Shown piece after piece: positions 1-9,392 of a stretch of 64,000 nucleotides of DNA (the first letter of the stretch is position 1; every line of letters begins with the position of its first letter). The position numbers and the translations under genes are program-made. The DNA is from an uncultured Ruminococcus sp. (GTDB lineage Bacteria; Bacillota; Clostridia; Oscillospirales; Ruminococcaceae). The stretch is from contig CAYZOV010000005.1 of assembly GCA_964480525.1 (NCBI GenBank), forward strand, positions 4,963-68,962, written 5' to 3'. The notes beneath the pieces are model-generated. The model searched no databases and was not told where the DNA came from. It was given only the letters and a program-made list of their open reading frames with translations.

Positions 1-10
1 GCGTGATTTT

Positions 11-391
11 ATGTCTTTTTCAAATATTTCTGTTTTAATTTGCGACGATTCGATTTTTGCAAGAAAGAAAATGAAAGATTATATCCTAAGTTTGGGTGTT
101 AAATCGGTTTACGAAGCTGCTGACGGTGAAGAAGCAGTTGAAAAATATCTTGAATTTAAGCCAAGTGTTGCTTTTATGGATATTGTTATGCCAAAAAAGA
201 ACGGAATCGAAGCTGTTACCGAAATTATTTCAAAATGCCCTGACGCAAAAATAGTTATGGCTTCGTCTGTAGGAACACAAAGTCATTTAAAAGAAGCACT
301 AAGTGCCGGAGCATATGAATTTTTGCAAAAACCTATTCAAAACGAACAAATTTTGAAAATTATTGAAATTATTGCAGAGGAAGTGAAATAA
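11..391 (+). CDS. CheY-like single-domain response regulator (receiver only)
   Basis: 126 aa. Acidic pocket in ICDDS, phospho-acceptor Asp in FMDIVMP, S/T in MASSVG, Lys in QKP. Stop overlaps the next ATG (TAATG). Confidence 0.85.
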   Translation: MSFSNISVLICDDSIFARKKMKDYILSLGVKSVYEAADGEEAVEKYLEFKPSVAFMDIVMPKKNGIEAVTEIISKCPDAKIVMASSVGTQSHLKEALSAGAYEFLQKPIQNEQILKIIEIIAEEVK

Positions 392-1272
392 TGTTTGCAC
401 AATTTTTCGGAAGTTATCTTTTAAACAAAGGACTTGTCACATCTCAACAGTTGGCAACAGCGTTGGAACAAAAGAAAAATACCCGTTTAAAATTAGGCGT
501 TTTGGCTATTAACGCCAAACTCATGACCGCCGAACAAGTTGAAATTGTCAATCAGGCGCAGGCTTCAAAAGATATGAGATTCGGTGATTTAGCCGTTTCA
601 ATGGGATTTATTAAATCAAGCGACGTTGACGAATTGTTAAAACAGCAACCTGCCGATTACCTTGTTTTGGGGCAGACTTTGGTTAATAACGGCATTATGT
701 CAAATTCCCAGTTTGAAAAGGCAATTAACGATTACAAAACCAATCACTCTCTTTCAGACGAGGACCTTTCAAATGACCAGAACACCAAACTTTCTCAGCT
801 AATTTCCGAGTTTTATCATTTTGAAACTTCTGAAAACGCCAAAGCTTATACAGCATACTTAACTTTGCTTTTCAAGAACATTGTTAGATTTGTGGGTGAC
901 GATTTTACACCTCTTGAAGCAAGCATAATCCGAGATATGGACGCAAATTATTACGTAAGTCAGTCTATTTCGGGAAATATTTCATGCAATACCGCTATCG
1001 AAGCCGAAGAATACCAATATCTTAAATTTGCAAGCCGTTTTGCAGGCGAAGACATTACCGATGTTGGCGAATTTGCTCACGCTTCGGTGGGTGAATTTTT
1101 AAATTTACACAACGGACTTTTCACCGTAAATCTTTCTAACGATTTCGGAGTTGAACTCAACCTAAGTCCGCAAGAATACTGCGACCACGAAAAGAAAGTT
1201 TTCGGAAATTCGGCGTTCTGTATTCCCGTTAGCTTTTCGTTTGGTATAGTAAATTTCATTATTTCAATTTAA
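391..1272 (+). CDS. CheX/CheC-like CheY-P phosphatase-domain protein with four N-terminal MshEN/T2SSE_N-like 24-aa motifs
   Basis: 293 aa. The C-terminal half has a CheC/CheX-type signature (GEFLNLHNG...LSP, approximating ExxN-x21-P). The N-terminus has four xLGxxLVxxGhhxxxQhxxxhxxQ motifs at a 29-aa period. Translationally coupled to the receiver gene. Confidence 0.6.
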   Translation: MFAQFFGSYLLNKGLVTSQQLATALEQKKNTRLKLGVLAINAKLMTAEQVEIVNQAQASKDMRFGDLAVSMGFIKSSDVDELLKQQPADYLVLGQTLVNNGIMSNSQFEKAINDYKTNHSLSDEDLSNDQNTKLSQLISEFYHFETSENAKAYTAYLTLLFKNIVRFVGDDFTPLEASIIRDMDANYYVSQSISGNISCNTAIEAEEYQYLKFASRFAGEDITDVGEFAHASVGEFLNLHNGLFTVNLSNDFGVELNLSPQEYCDHEKKVFGNSAFCIPVSFSFGIVNFIISI

Positions 1273-1282
1273 ATTTAGCCTA

Positions 1283-1312
1283 AAAGCACCGCAATTTTGT
1301 GGTGCTTTTTTT
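1283..1312 (+). terminator. Intrinsic terminator after the cheY/cheX-like pair
   Basis: AAAGCACCGCA-AUUU-UGUGGUGCUUUUUUU. Confidence 0.75.
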
Positions 1313-1397
1313 GAAAAATTAACTATAAATAACTGTTTTAAATCTTAAAAAACGGTGCAAATTATATAATATAGTACAAAATAAGAGGAGGAAAACA

Positions 1398-1844
1398 ATG
1401 GCAAAAACTGTACTAAGATATTTTGCACTTTTTTCAATAGGCGCACTAAGCTATGGATTGATAGAAATATTTGTGCGTGGATTTTCGCATATTTCTATGG
1501 GACTTTTGGGAGGATTGACATTTACCCTTGTAGCAGTTCTTAACAACGCCCGCAGATACGGACTTTCAACAACGGTGCAGGTGATAATTACGACTGCTTT
1601 TATAACTGTTTCCGAACTGATAACAGGCGTAATTTTGAACATAAATATGCACCTGTGCATTTGGGATTATTCCGAAATTCCGCTTAATTACAAAGGTCAA
1701 ATTTGCGTGCCTTTTATTTTTTTGTGGGTTTTAATGAGTATTTTCGCACTTTTTGTTGAAGAATTTTTGAGAGAAAAATATTTCAGAACCGAAAAATCCC
1801 TTTACCCTGCCCTTTTTAAATTCAAACAAAAAAAGAAATCTTAA
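1398..1844 (+). CDS. Small polytopic membrane protein, PF06541-like ('putative ABC-transporter type IV')
   Basis: 148 aa, about 4 TM segments, WDYS..P.N..G motif, strong RBS AGGAGG. Confidence 0.55.
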   Translation: MAKTVLRYFALFSIGALSYGLIEIFVRGFSHISMGLLGGLTFTLVAVLNNARRYGLSTTVQVIITTAFITVSELITGVILNINMHLCIWDYSEIPLNYKGQICVPFIFLWVLMSIFALFVEEFLREKYFRTEKSLYPALFKFKQKKKS

Positions 1845-1923
1845 AAATCTATGCAGACAAGCGTTCTTAAATAAATATTTTGCCCATACTATTAAGTGAA
1901 ATATTATTTAAGGACTGGTAAAC

Positions 1924-3195
1924 ATGAAAAAATTAAGAACTGTATTTGTTTTAATTTCAGCATTTGTGTTCTCCGGTTGCGTCGGAACTCCGATTAAACC
2001 GCAAAACAATTTAAATACTGTTTTAAATTATGAAAAAAACACCACAACTCAAACGCAGACTACAACGACAAACACGTCTGACATTAAATTCAAATATTTA
2101 TCAACGCATAAATATTATCCGTTAAACTATAAAATTCAAAAAGCCGTGTGGATAAGCTATATAGATTTGGCGGATATGATTACAGGCAAAACAAAAAGTC
2201 AATTTGAAACGGCTGTTTCACGGGCATTTGACAACATTTCGGAAGTGGGACTGAATACCGTATATGTCCATGTCCGACCCTTTGGCGACGCCTTTTATGA
2301 TTCAAGTATTTACCCTTTGACAAGATATTTTACAGGTGAAATTATCAATAAAATTCCTTTTGACCCCCTTAAAATAATGGTGCAAGTCGCCCATGAAAAA
2401 GGTTTGTCCATACACGCATGGATTAACCCGTTAAGGTGCGAAAAAGATGAATATTTTGAATATTATTCAACCGACTATAAAATTAAACAATGGTATGACG
2501 ACGAAGATTATTTCGGGAAATATCTTTTATCCGTGGATAACTCCTCACAACTTTGGTTAAACCCGGCATATGAGGAGGTTCGACAACTTATATGTGACGG
2601 CATAAAAGAAATTGTGGAAAATTATGACGTTGACGGGGTGCATATTGACGATTATTTTTACCCTACAACAGACGAAAATTTTGACAATTATGCTTTTTCC
2701 GATTCTAAGTTTGCAAGTGTGACCGACTTTCGCTTGCAAAATATCAATTTACTTGTTAAAGAAATATATAACACGATAAAAAATGTGAACTCAAATGTGA
2801 TATTCGGAATATCTCCGCAAGGAAATATTGCAAACAATTACACCCAATTGTATGCAGACGTTGAAAACTGGGCGAAAAATGATGGCTATTGCGACTATAT
2901 TGTACCACAGATTTATTATAGTTTTGACAACGAAATTCAACCCTTTGGCGAAGTTGCACAAATGTGGTCGGACATAACAAACGATAAAGTTCAGCTTGTT
3001 ATAGGTCTTGCATTTTATAAAGTAAATGAGGACGGAGATTTTGCCGAAAATACGGGGATTATCGCCAAACAGATTGAATATTCAACCTCACTTGAAAACT
3101 ACGGTGGAATTGCACTTTACAATTATAAAAATATTTTTGAAAGTGAAAATGAAAACGCAAATAGCGAACTTGCACTTTTGAAAGGTAAATTGTAG
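1924..3195 (+). CDS. Lipoprotein, glycosyl-hydrolase-like family 10 (GHL10/YngK-like)
   Basis: 423 aa. Lipobox FVFSGC, T/Q-rich linker, then a TIM-barrel-like body (VWISYID.., VHVRPFGDA.., HAWINP.., GVHIDDYFYP). Confidence 0.55.
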   Translation: MKKLRTVFVLISAFVFSGCVGTPIKPQNNLNTVLNYEKNTTTQTQTTTTNTSDIKFKYLSTHKYYPLNYKIQKAVWISYIDLADMITGKTKSQFETAVSRAFDNISEVGLNTVYVHVRPFGDAFYDSSIYPLTRYFTGEIINKIPFDPLKIMVQVAHEKGLSIHAWINPLRCEKDEYFEYYSTDYKIKQWYDDEDYFGKYLLSVDNSSQLWLNPAYEEVRQLICDGIKEIVENYDVDGVHIDDYFYPTTDENFDNYAFSDSKFASVTDFRLQNINLLVKEIYNTIKNVNSNVIFGISPQGNIANNYTQLYADVENWAKNDGYCDYIVPQIYYSFDNEIQPFGEVAQMWSDITNDKVQLVIGLAFYKVNEDGDFAENTGIIAKQIEYSTSLENYGGIALYNYKNIFESENENANSELALLKGKL

Positions 3196-3253
3196 AAATT
3201 ATTTGTGCAAATCGTAGAAAAATGAAATTTCAAGATTTATTTCTTGCATTTTG

Positions 3254-3282
3254 TTGACATTTCAGAAAAAAGGTATTATAAT
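3254..3282 (+). promoter_or_regulatory. gdhA SigA-type promoter
   Basis: TTGACA, 17 nt, TATAAT (perfect consensus), 40 nt before the ATG. Confidence 0.65.
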
Positions 3283-3322
3283 AAATCTTGTAAAATTTAT
3301 TTTTTAAAGTGAGGTAATTACT

Positions 3323-4678
3323 ATGGAATTTAAGAACGAATACCTCCAGAGCGTTTACGATAAGGTTTGCCTTAGAAACGCCGGAGAAAAAGAATTTTTG
3401 CAGGCTGTTAAAGAAGTCCTCGAAAGTCTTGAACCAGTAATCGCTAAAAGACCTGACCTCGTTGAGGCTGGCATTGTTGAGCGTATGGTTGAACCTGAAA
3501 GACAGATTGCTTTCAGAGTTTCTTGGGTTGACGACAACGGCAAAGTTCAGGTAAACCGTGGTTACAGAGTACAGTTTAACTCTGCAATCGGACCATACAA
3601 GGGCGGAATCAGACTTCACCCATCAGTAAACTTCTCAGTTATTAAGTTCCTTGGATTTGAACAGACATTTAAGAACAGCCTTACAGGTTTGCCTATGGGC
3701 GGCGGTAAAGGTGGTTCCGACTTTGACCCTAAGGGAAAGAGCGACGGAGAAGTTATGAGATTCTGCCAGAGCTTTATGACAGAGCTTGCTAAGCATATCG
3801 GTGCTGACACAGACGTTCCTGCAGGCGATATCGGAACAGGTGCAAGAGAAATCGGTTATATGTTCGGACAGTACAAAAGACTTCGCAACGAATTTACAGG
3901 CGTACTTACAGGTAAATCAATGCAGTGTGGCGGTTCTCTTATCAGACCTGAAGCTACAGGTTACGGTGCTGTTTACTACACAGTTGAAATGCTCAACACA
4001 TTCGGTGAGAGCGTTAAGGGCAAAACATTTGCTGTATCAGGTTTCGGTAACGTTGCTTGGGGTACAGTTAAGAAAGTTACAGAACTTGGCGGTAAAGTTG
4101 TAACACTTTCCGGCCCTGACGGATACATCTACGACGAAGACGGTATCAACACAGAAGAAAAGATTAACTACCTCCTCGAAATGAGAGCTTCATGCAGAGA
4201 TAAGGTTCAGGATTACGCAGATAAATTCGGCGTTAAGTTCTTCCCTGGCGAAAGACCGTGGGGTACAAAGGTTGACATCGTTATGCCATGTGCTACACAG
4301 AACGAAGTTGACATCGAAGACGCTAAGAAGATTGTTGCAAACGGCGTTAAATACTACGTTGAGGTTGCTAATATGCCTACAACATTTGAAGCTACTGAAT
4401 ACCTCAAGGCTAATGGCGTAGTTATGGCTCCATCAAAGGCTGTAAACGCAGGTGGTGTAGCAGTTTCAGGTCTTGAAATGTCACAGAACTCAATGAGATA
4501 CAGCTGGACAGCTGAAGAAGTTGACGAAAAGCTCCACCAGATTATGAAGAACATCTACAAGGCTTCATATGACGCAGCTAAGGAATACGGTATGGAAGGC
4601 GACCTCGTTGCAGGTGCTAACATTGCAGGCTTCCTCAAAGTTGCTGAAGCAATGAAGTGGCAGGGCGTTGCATACTAA
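3323..4678 (+). CDS. gdhA: NADP-specific glutamate dehydrogenase
   Basis: 451 aa. GLPMGGGKGGSDFDPKGKSD catalytic-Lys motif and GFGNVAWG dinucleotide fold. Highly biased codon usage typical of a highly expressed gene. Confidence 0.95.
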   Translation: MEFKNEYLQSVYDKVCLRNAGEKEFLQAVKEVLESLEPVIAKRPDLVEAGIVERMVEPERQIAFRVSWVDDNGKVQVNRGYRVQFNSAIGPYKGGIRLHPSVNFSVIKFLGFEQTFKNSLTGLPMGGGKGGSDFDPKGKSDGEVMRFCQSFMTELAKHIGADTDVPAGDIGTGAREIGYMFGQYKRLRNEFTGVLTGKSMQCGGSLIRPEATGYGAVYYTVEMLNTFGESVKGKTFAVSGFGNVAWGTVKKVTELGGKVVTLSGPDGYIYDEDGINTEEKINYLLEMRASCRDKVQDYADKFGVKFFPGERPWGTKVDIVMPCATQNEVDIEDAKKIVANGVKYYVEVANMPTTFEATEYLKANGVVMAPSKAVNAGGVAVSGLEMSQNSMRYSWTAEEVDEKLHQIMKNIYKASYDAAKEYGMEGDLVAGANIAGFLKVAEAMKWQGVAY

Positions 4679-4706
4679 TTATTATTAGAAGTAAATCAAA
4701 GTAAAT

Positions 4707-4746
4707 AAACGGCGTAACTTACATCAAAGTAGGTTACGCCGTTTTT
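4707..4746. terminator. Bidirectional terminator between gdhA and thiN (convergent)
   Basis: Perfect 12-bp stem AAACGGCGTAAC/GTTACGCCGTTT with flanking A and T runs. Confidence 0.85.
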
Positions 4747-4776
4747 GTATTATCAGTAAAAATATAAATTTTTCTG

Positions 4777-5421
4777 TCAGAAAATATTCTGTTTTTTTGA
4801 CATCACAACCAAAAGTCTGCCGTTTTCAAAAGAAATACGTCCATAATCCTCTAAAATTTCATTACAAACTCCCAAAGGAAAATCCCGTGTGAGAGTTGCG
4901 TTATCCAGCGAATATTTAAACCCTTTTTCGCAAACGCCGGTTGTTTTGTTTGACAAAGAAAACAAAGAAAAGGTAAAATTATCAAGCCTTTTAAATCTAT
5001 GCTCACCCTCGGTCAAAACGGTTATATACTCGTTTTTATTTAAAATTACGCCTTTTTTGTTGTGGCTTGCTATGAAATCTAAAGTTTGAATATTTGCAAA
5101 GGTATGGTCAAAGCGTCCACCTAATGCTCCGAAAATGTAAATCTCATCAAAATTCATACTCAATGCGTGTTTTACAGCAAGCATTGTGTCGGTGTCGTCC
5201 TTTTCACATTTGAATTTTAAAAATTCAGCAACCTTTTCTCTTTGCGGAAGATTTTCCAAAGTATCAAAATCCCCCAACAAACAATCTGTTTTGTAGCCGA
5301 ATTTTTCAGCATACACAAACCCTGCGTCAGCCGAAATAACATAGTCGGCAGGTGGAATTTTAAACGTGCTTAAATCCTCCGCAGACATAACTCCGCCACT
5401 AAAAATATAGCAAACTGACAT
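4777..5421 (-). CDS. thiN: Thiamine diphosphokinase
   Basis: GDFDT..., DDTDT, GALGGRFDHTFANI motifs. Start chosen at MSVCYIFSGG, where its ATG overlaps the rsgA stop (TAATG). Confidence 0.85.
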   Translation of the reverse strand: MSVCYIFSGGVMSAEDLSTFKIPPADYVISADAGFVYAEKFGYKTDCLLGDFDTLENLPQREKVAEFLKFKCEKDDTDTMLAVKHALSMNFDEIYIFGALGGRFDHTFANIQTLDFIASHNKKGVILNKNEYITVLTEGEHRFKRLDNFTFSLFSLSNKTTGVCEKGFKYSLDNATLTRDFPLGVCNEILEDYGRISFENGRLLVVMSKKQNIF

Positions 5422-6335
5422 TACTTCTTTAGCTCCTTGTATTCCCATTCCTTTATTGACTTTGCTTCTTCGTACATTGCAACATAATTTTCGTATCTTG
5501 AACGACTTATAAATCCTTGATTAACAGCCTCAATCACAGCACAGCCTTTTTCCTTTGTGTGGCTGCAATCCTGAAATTTACAATCGCTCACATATCCCGA
5601 AAATTCGCAAAAACAGTCCGCCAAATCATTTTTAAAAATTATATCATACTGGTTTGTTTCAAAACTTGAAAATCCCGGTGTATCGGCAATATAGCCTCCG
5701 TTTTCCAACGGATAAAGCTCAACGTGTCTTGTTGTATGCTTCCCACGACCGAGCTTTTTACTGATTTCGTTTGTTGCAATAGACAAATTTGGAAAAATGT
5801 TATTCATAAGCGACGATTTTCCAACACCCGTATTTCCAGTAAATGCCGAAATTTTCCCCTGCAAAACATTTTTTATCTGCTCATAGCCCTCACCCGACGA
5901 ATTATCAACGCTGTAAACGTCAATGCCTGCGTTTTTGTAAATATTTTCTAATTCATCACTTTGTCGTAAATCTATTTTCGTAAAAACAACAATCGGATTG
6001 ATTTTTTTGTACACGGCAATAGCTATGAATTTATCCAAAAGCAATAAATTAGGCGACGGCTGTGTGGTAGAATTTACAAAAACAAGATTATCCAAATTTG
6101 CAAGTGGTGGTCTGATAAGCAGAGATTTTCGTGGCAAAATATCCGTAATCACATAGCTGTCATCAATTTTTTCCACCGTAACCCTATCTGCACAAACGGG
6201 CGAAATGTTTTGCTTTCTGAAAACTCCCCTTGCTTTGCACTCTATATATTTGTGTTCATATATGTCTGTGGAGACATCTACAGTATAGACGCCTCCAACA
6301 GATTTTGTTATTATTCCGTTAATTTTTTCTGACAT
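5421..6335 (-). CDS. rsgA: Ribosome small-subunit-dependent GTPase A
   Basis: 304 aa. GNTGVGKSSLMN P-loop, circularly permuted GTPase order, C-terminal zinc finger C..C.F.DC.H..E.GCAV. Confidence 0.92.
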   Translation of the reverse strand: MSEKINGIITKSVGGVYTVDVSTDIYEHKYIECKARGVFRKQNISPVCADRVTVEKIDDSYVITDILPRKSLLIRPPLANLDNLVFVNSTTQPSPNLLLLDKFIAIAVYKKINPIVVFTKIDLRQSDELENIYKNAGIDVYSVDNSSGEGYEQIKNVLQGKISAFTGNTGVGKSSLMNNIFPNLSIATNEISKKLGRGKHTTRHVELYPLENGGYIADTPGFSSFETNQYDIIFKNDLADCFCEFSGYVSDCKFQDCSHTKEKGCAVIEAVNQGFISRSRYENYVAMYEEAKSIKEWEYKELKK

Positions 6336-6355
6336 ATTTTCTACTCTAAGTTAAA

Positions 6356-8638
6356 TTATTCGTTTATTATAGGATTTTCGGGATTTTTTTCTTCATCATT
6401 TGGCTGGTTAGGTTCTTCAGGTTCAGGTTCAGCACCTTTGCTAACCGTCAACTTAATAGCCGTACCTTTGTCAACCTTTTCTCCCTTAGATTTATCCTGT
6501 CCGATAACTTCTCCGACAGCTTTATCAGAGTATTCTTCAACTACTTCAAATGTAAAACTATCACCGTACTGTGATTTTGCGTCGTCAATATTCATTCCCA
6601 TAAATTCAGGCACTTCAATTCTCAAATCAAGAATTGACAAGAACGCTTCGTTATCTGCAGAATCCTGTTTAGCTTCCTTTTTGTTAAAATCAACTGAAAA
6701 CTCAGCATACTTAACGTCCGAACTACCTGTAGTCAGGTTTGTAACGTAAACGGTATACTTTTTCGAGCCTGTTCCCGATACGGAAACAGATTTATTTCCG
6801 CCTGCGATAAGCTCTGCTTTGTCGATAGTTTCAGTTTTAACTATTGTTGCATTTTCGTCGTAAATATCAAGCTTAAATTTGCCCGTTGCTTCCGTTGGAA
6901 TCGGAACAAGAAGTTCTACAGTTGCTTCTGTTTCCACACCTGTCGAAACGCTGATTTCAACAGTCGAACCTTTTTCTACAAATTCGCCCTCTTTTACGGA
7001 CTGAGCAATAACTTTGCCCTTATCTTCCGGTGTATTTACTTCCTTAACTACAACTTCCAATCCCATTGCAACCAATTCGCTCTTTGCTTCGGTTTCGGAT
7101 TTTCCAACAACCTTAATCATTTGAATTTGGTTTACAAGAGGTCCGCTGCAAACAAATACCGTAATTGTCGAACCTTTCGGCGCTTCTGTTCCTGCGGCAG
7201 GGTCTGTGGAAATTACACAGTCTTTTTCAACGTTGTCATCAGGTTTCGTAATTTTATTAACTATAAATCCGTACTTTTTAAGTTCGGTTTCTGCGTCGGT
7301 ATAATTTCTGTTAATAACATCAGGTACATATTTCATCTGAGGGCCACGGCTGACGGTCAGAATAATAGTAGTACCCTTTTCAACAGAAGCTCCCTCCTGT
7401 GTTCCCTGCTTAATTACAACGCCTTCTTCATAATCGCTGTTGTATTCTTCTTTGGTCTGGAAATTGAAAATTTCGCCGTAGTTTTCTCTAATATCGCTGA
7501 TAGTTGTTCCAACAAATTTAGGAACCTGTACTCTGTTGTCGCCCGAAGAATTATCGCCGAATTTTGCCACAATTACCATTATGATTATTGCGGCAATAAT
7601 AACAACCGCAACCGTAACAGCAGCAAGAATCGGAATAACATAAGAACGCTTTTCTTCTTCCTCATCATCTTCTTCGTCTGCATTTTCGTCATATTTTACG
7701 TCCTGAGGGTGAACGCCGGCATTGAGTACAGGATTAAAATATCTTGTAGATTCGTCGTCGGCATTTGAAACGCCGTTATTTTTATAGCCGAAAACTATAG
7801 ATTGGTCGATTTTGAACATATCAAAATCCTTAATCATTTCAGAAGCGGACTGATATCTTTTTGCAGGATTGCGTTCAAGAGCATGAATTATAATTTCCTC
7901 AATTGCTTCCGGAATAGCAGGATTTACATCTCTTGGCATTTCAGGTGTGTCCTGCATATGCATAACAGCAACAGCAACAGGATTATCACCGTCAAACGGT
8001 TTTTTGCCCGTGAGCATTTCGTAAAGCATTACGCCAACCGAATACAAGTCACTTCGTTCGTCCGTAAAATCTCCCCTTGCTTGTTCAGGAGAAATATAAT
8101 GAACAGAACCGATAGTTTTATCGGAAAGAGTTTTGCCGTCGATTCTGGAAAAACGAGCAATACCAAAATCCATCACTTTGATAGTTCCGTCAGACAAAAG
8201 CATAATATTCTGCGGTTTAATATCCCTATGAACTATTCCCCTGTCATGAGCGTGTTGCAAGGCCCTCAATACTTGCGAAATAAAGAAAATAGCGTCTTTC
8301 CAACGAAGAATTTTCTGTTGTTCGATAAATTCTTTAAGCGTAATTCCGTCTATGTATTCCATTACGATAAAGTTTATCTCGTCGGAAAAACCCACATCAT
8401 AAATTTTCACAATATTAGGGTGCGAAAGAACAGCAATTGCTTTACTTTCGTTTCTGAATCTTCTTAAAAATTCTTCACTTTCAGCGTATTCGTTTTTAAG
8501 AATCTTCACAGCGACAACCTTATCTTCCATAAGGTCTACTGCTTTATAAACATGCGCCATTCCGCCAATACCGATAAGTTCGGTAATTTGGTATCTTCCG
8601 TCAAGTTTTTTGCCGATGTTCAAATCCATTTCGTTCAC
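6356..8638 (-). CDS. prkC: Ser/Thr protein kinase with extracellular PASTA repeats
   Basis: 760 aa. HRDIKPQNIM and DFGIAR motifs, one TM segment, 3+1 PASTA-like repeats separated by a beta-rich spacer. Confidence 0.92.
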   Translation of the reverse strand: MNEMDLNIGKKLDGRYQITELIGIGGMAHVYKAVDLMEDKVVAVKILKNEYAESEEFLRRFRNESKAIAVLSHPNIVKIYDVGFSDEINFIVMEYIDGITLKEFIEQQKILRWKDAIFFISQVLRALQHAHDRGIVHRDIKPQNIMLLSDGTIKVMDFGIARFSRIDGKTLSDKTIGSVHYISPEQARGDFTDERSDLYSVGVMLYEMLTGKKPFDGDNPVAVAVMHMQDTPEMPRDVNPAIPEAIEEIIIHALERNPAKRYQSASEMIKDFDMFKIDQSIVFGYKNNGVSNADDESTRYFNPVLNAGVHPQDVKYDENADEEDDEEEEKRSYVIPILAAVTVAVVIIAAIIIMVIVAKFGDNSSGDNRVQVPKFVGTTISDIRENYGEIFNFQTKEEYNSDYEEGVVIKQGTQEGASVEKGTTIILTVSRGPQMKYVPDVINRNYTDAETELKKYGFIVNKITKPDDNVEKDCVISTDPAAGTEAPKGSTITVFVCSGPLVNQIQMIKVVGKSETEAKSELVAMGLEVVVKEVNTPEDKGKVIAQSVKEGEFVEKGSTVEISVSTGVETEATVELLVPIPTEATGKFKLDIYDENATIVKTETIDKAELIAGGNKSVSVSGTGSKKYTVYVTNLTTGSSDVKYAEFSVDFNKKEAKQDSADNEAFLSILDLRIEVPEFMGMNIDDAKSQYGDSFTFEVVEEYSDKAVGEVIGQDKSKGEKVDKGTAIKLTVSKGAEPEPEEPNQPNDEEKNPENPIINE

Positions 8639-8645
8639 TCCTAAA

Positions 8646-9374
8646 TCAGTTTTTTATTATAACTACGGTTATGTTATCTTTGCCACCGTGTGTATTTACA
8701 TATTCGACAAGGCTGTCGCAAGCCTTTGAAATATCATTTTGATAGACAAAATTAAAAATCATCTCGTCACTACAATAATTTGATAAACCGTCGGTACACA
8801 AAAGAATAATCCAATCTTTTTCGATTTCAATTTCAAAATAATCAACTTCGATTTCTTTTTCCGTGCCTATAGCCTTAGTTATATAATGACGCATTTTATG
8901 TTTCGTCATATCTTCTTTTGAAATTTTGCCTTGTTCAAAAAGCATTTCAACGTAAGTATGGTCATTTGTAATTTGCGTAATACCTTTTGTGTTAATCAAA
9001 TATGCTCTGCTGTCGCCAACACTTGCAATTGACACAACATTATCTTTAATAATTGTAGCAACGCAGGTTGTACCCATACCATTTTTATTTTCATTTTTAA
9101 CACTTTCGGAATACACAATGCTGTTTGACGCTGTTACGGAAGTAATAAGCAAATTTTTAATACTGTTGATTTCCATTTTTGCGTTATATCCGTTTAAAAT
9201 ACGTTGACTTATGGTATTTACAGCAAGTTCGCTTGCTTCTTTTCCACAGGACGCTCCACCCATTCCGTCGCATACTATAGCCATTGTTGTATTATCGTCA
9301 AATTGTTTGATAAAAAAATTATCCTGATTTTCCCTTCTTATAGGTCCAATATGTGTTCTGCCCTCAGCTAACAA
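8646..9374 (-). CDS. stp: PP2C-family Ser/Thr phosphatase
   Basis: 242 aa. RRENQD, CDGMGG, DGLSN, GGKDNITV motifs. TTG start is forced by an in-frame upstream stop. Confidence 0.9.
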   Translation of the reverse strand: MLAEGRTHIGPIRRENQDNFFIKQFDDNTTMAIVCDGMGGASCGKEASELAVNTISQRILNGYNAKMEINSIKNLLITSVTASNSIVYSESVKNENKNGMGTTCVATIIKDNVVSIASVGDSRAYLINTKGITQITNDHTYVEMLFEQGKISKEDMTKHKMRHYITKAIGTEKEIEVDYFEIEIEKDWIILLCTDGLSNYCSDEMIFNFVYQNDISKACDSLVEYVNTHGGKDNITVVIIKN

Positions 9375-9392
9375 GTGGGTTCACCGTCCTTT

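Noticed and set aside
3230-3619. 129-aa minus-strand ORF spanning the gdhA promoter and 5' end.
   Set aside because: It overlaps the perfect gdhA promoter and the highly conserved gdhA N-terminus. It has no RBS and no motif.
7121-8467. Two long plus-strand ORFs (215 and 221 aa) inside prkC.
   Set aside because: They are antisense to a kinase with unmistakable motifs. Their products are low-complexity and rich in N/F/R/C, with no RBS. They are typical shadow ORFs of AT-rich DNA.
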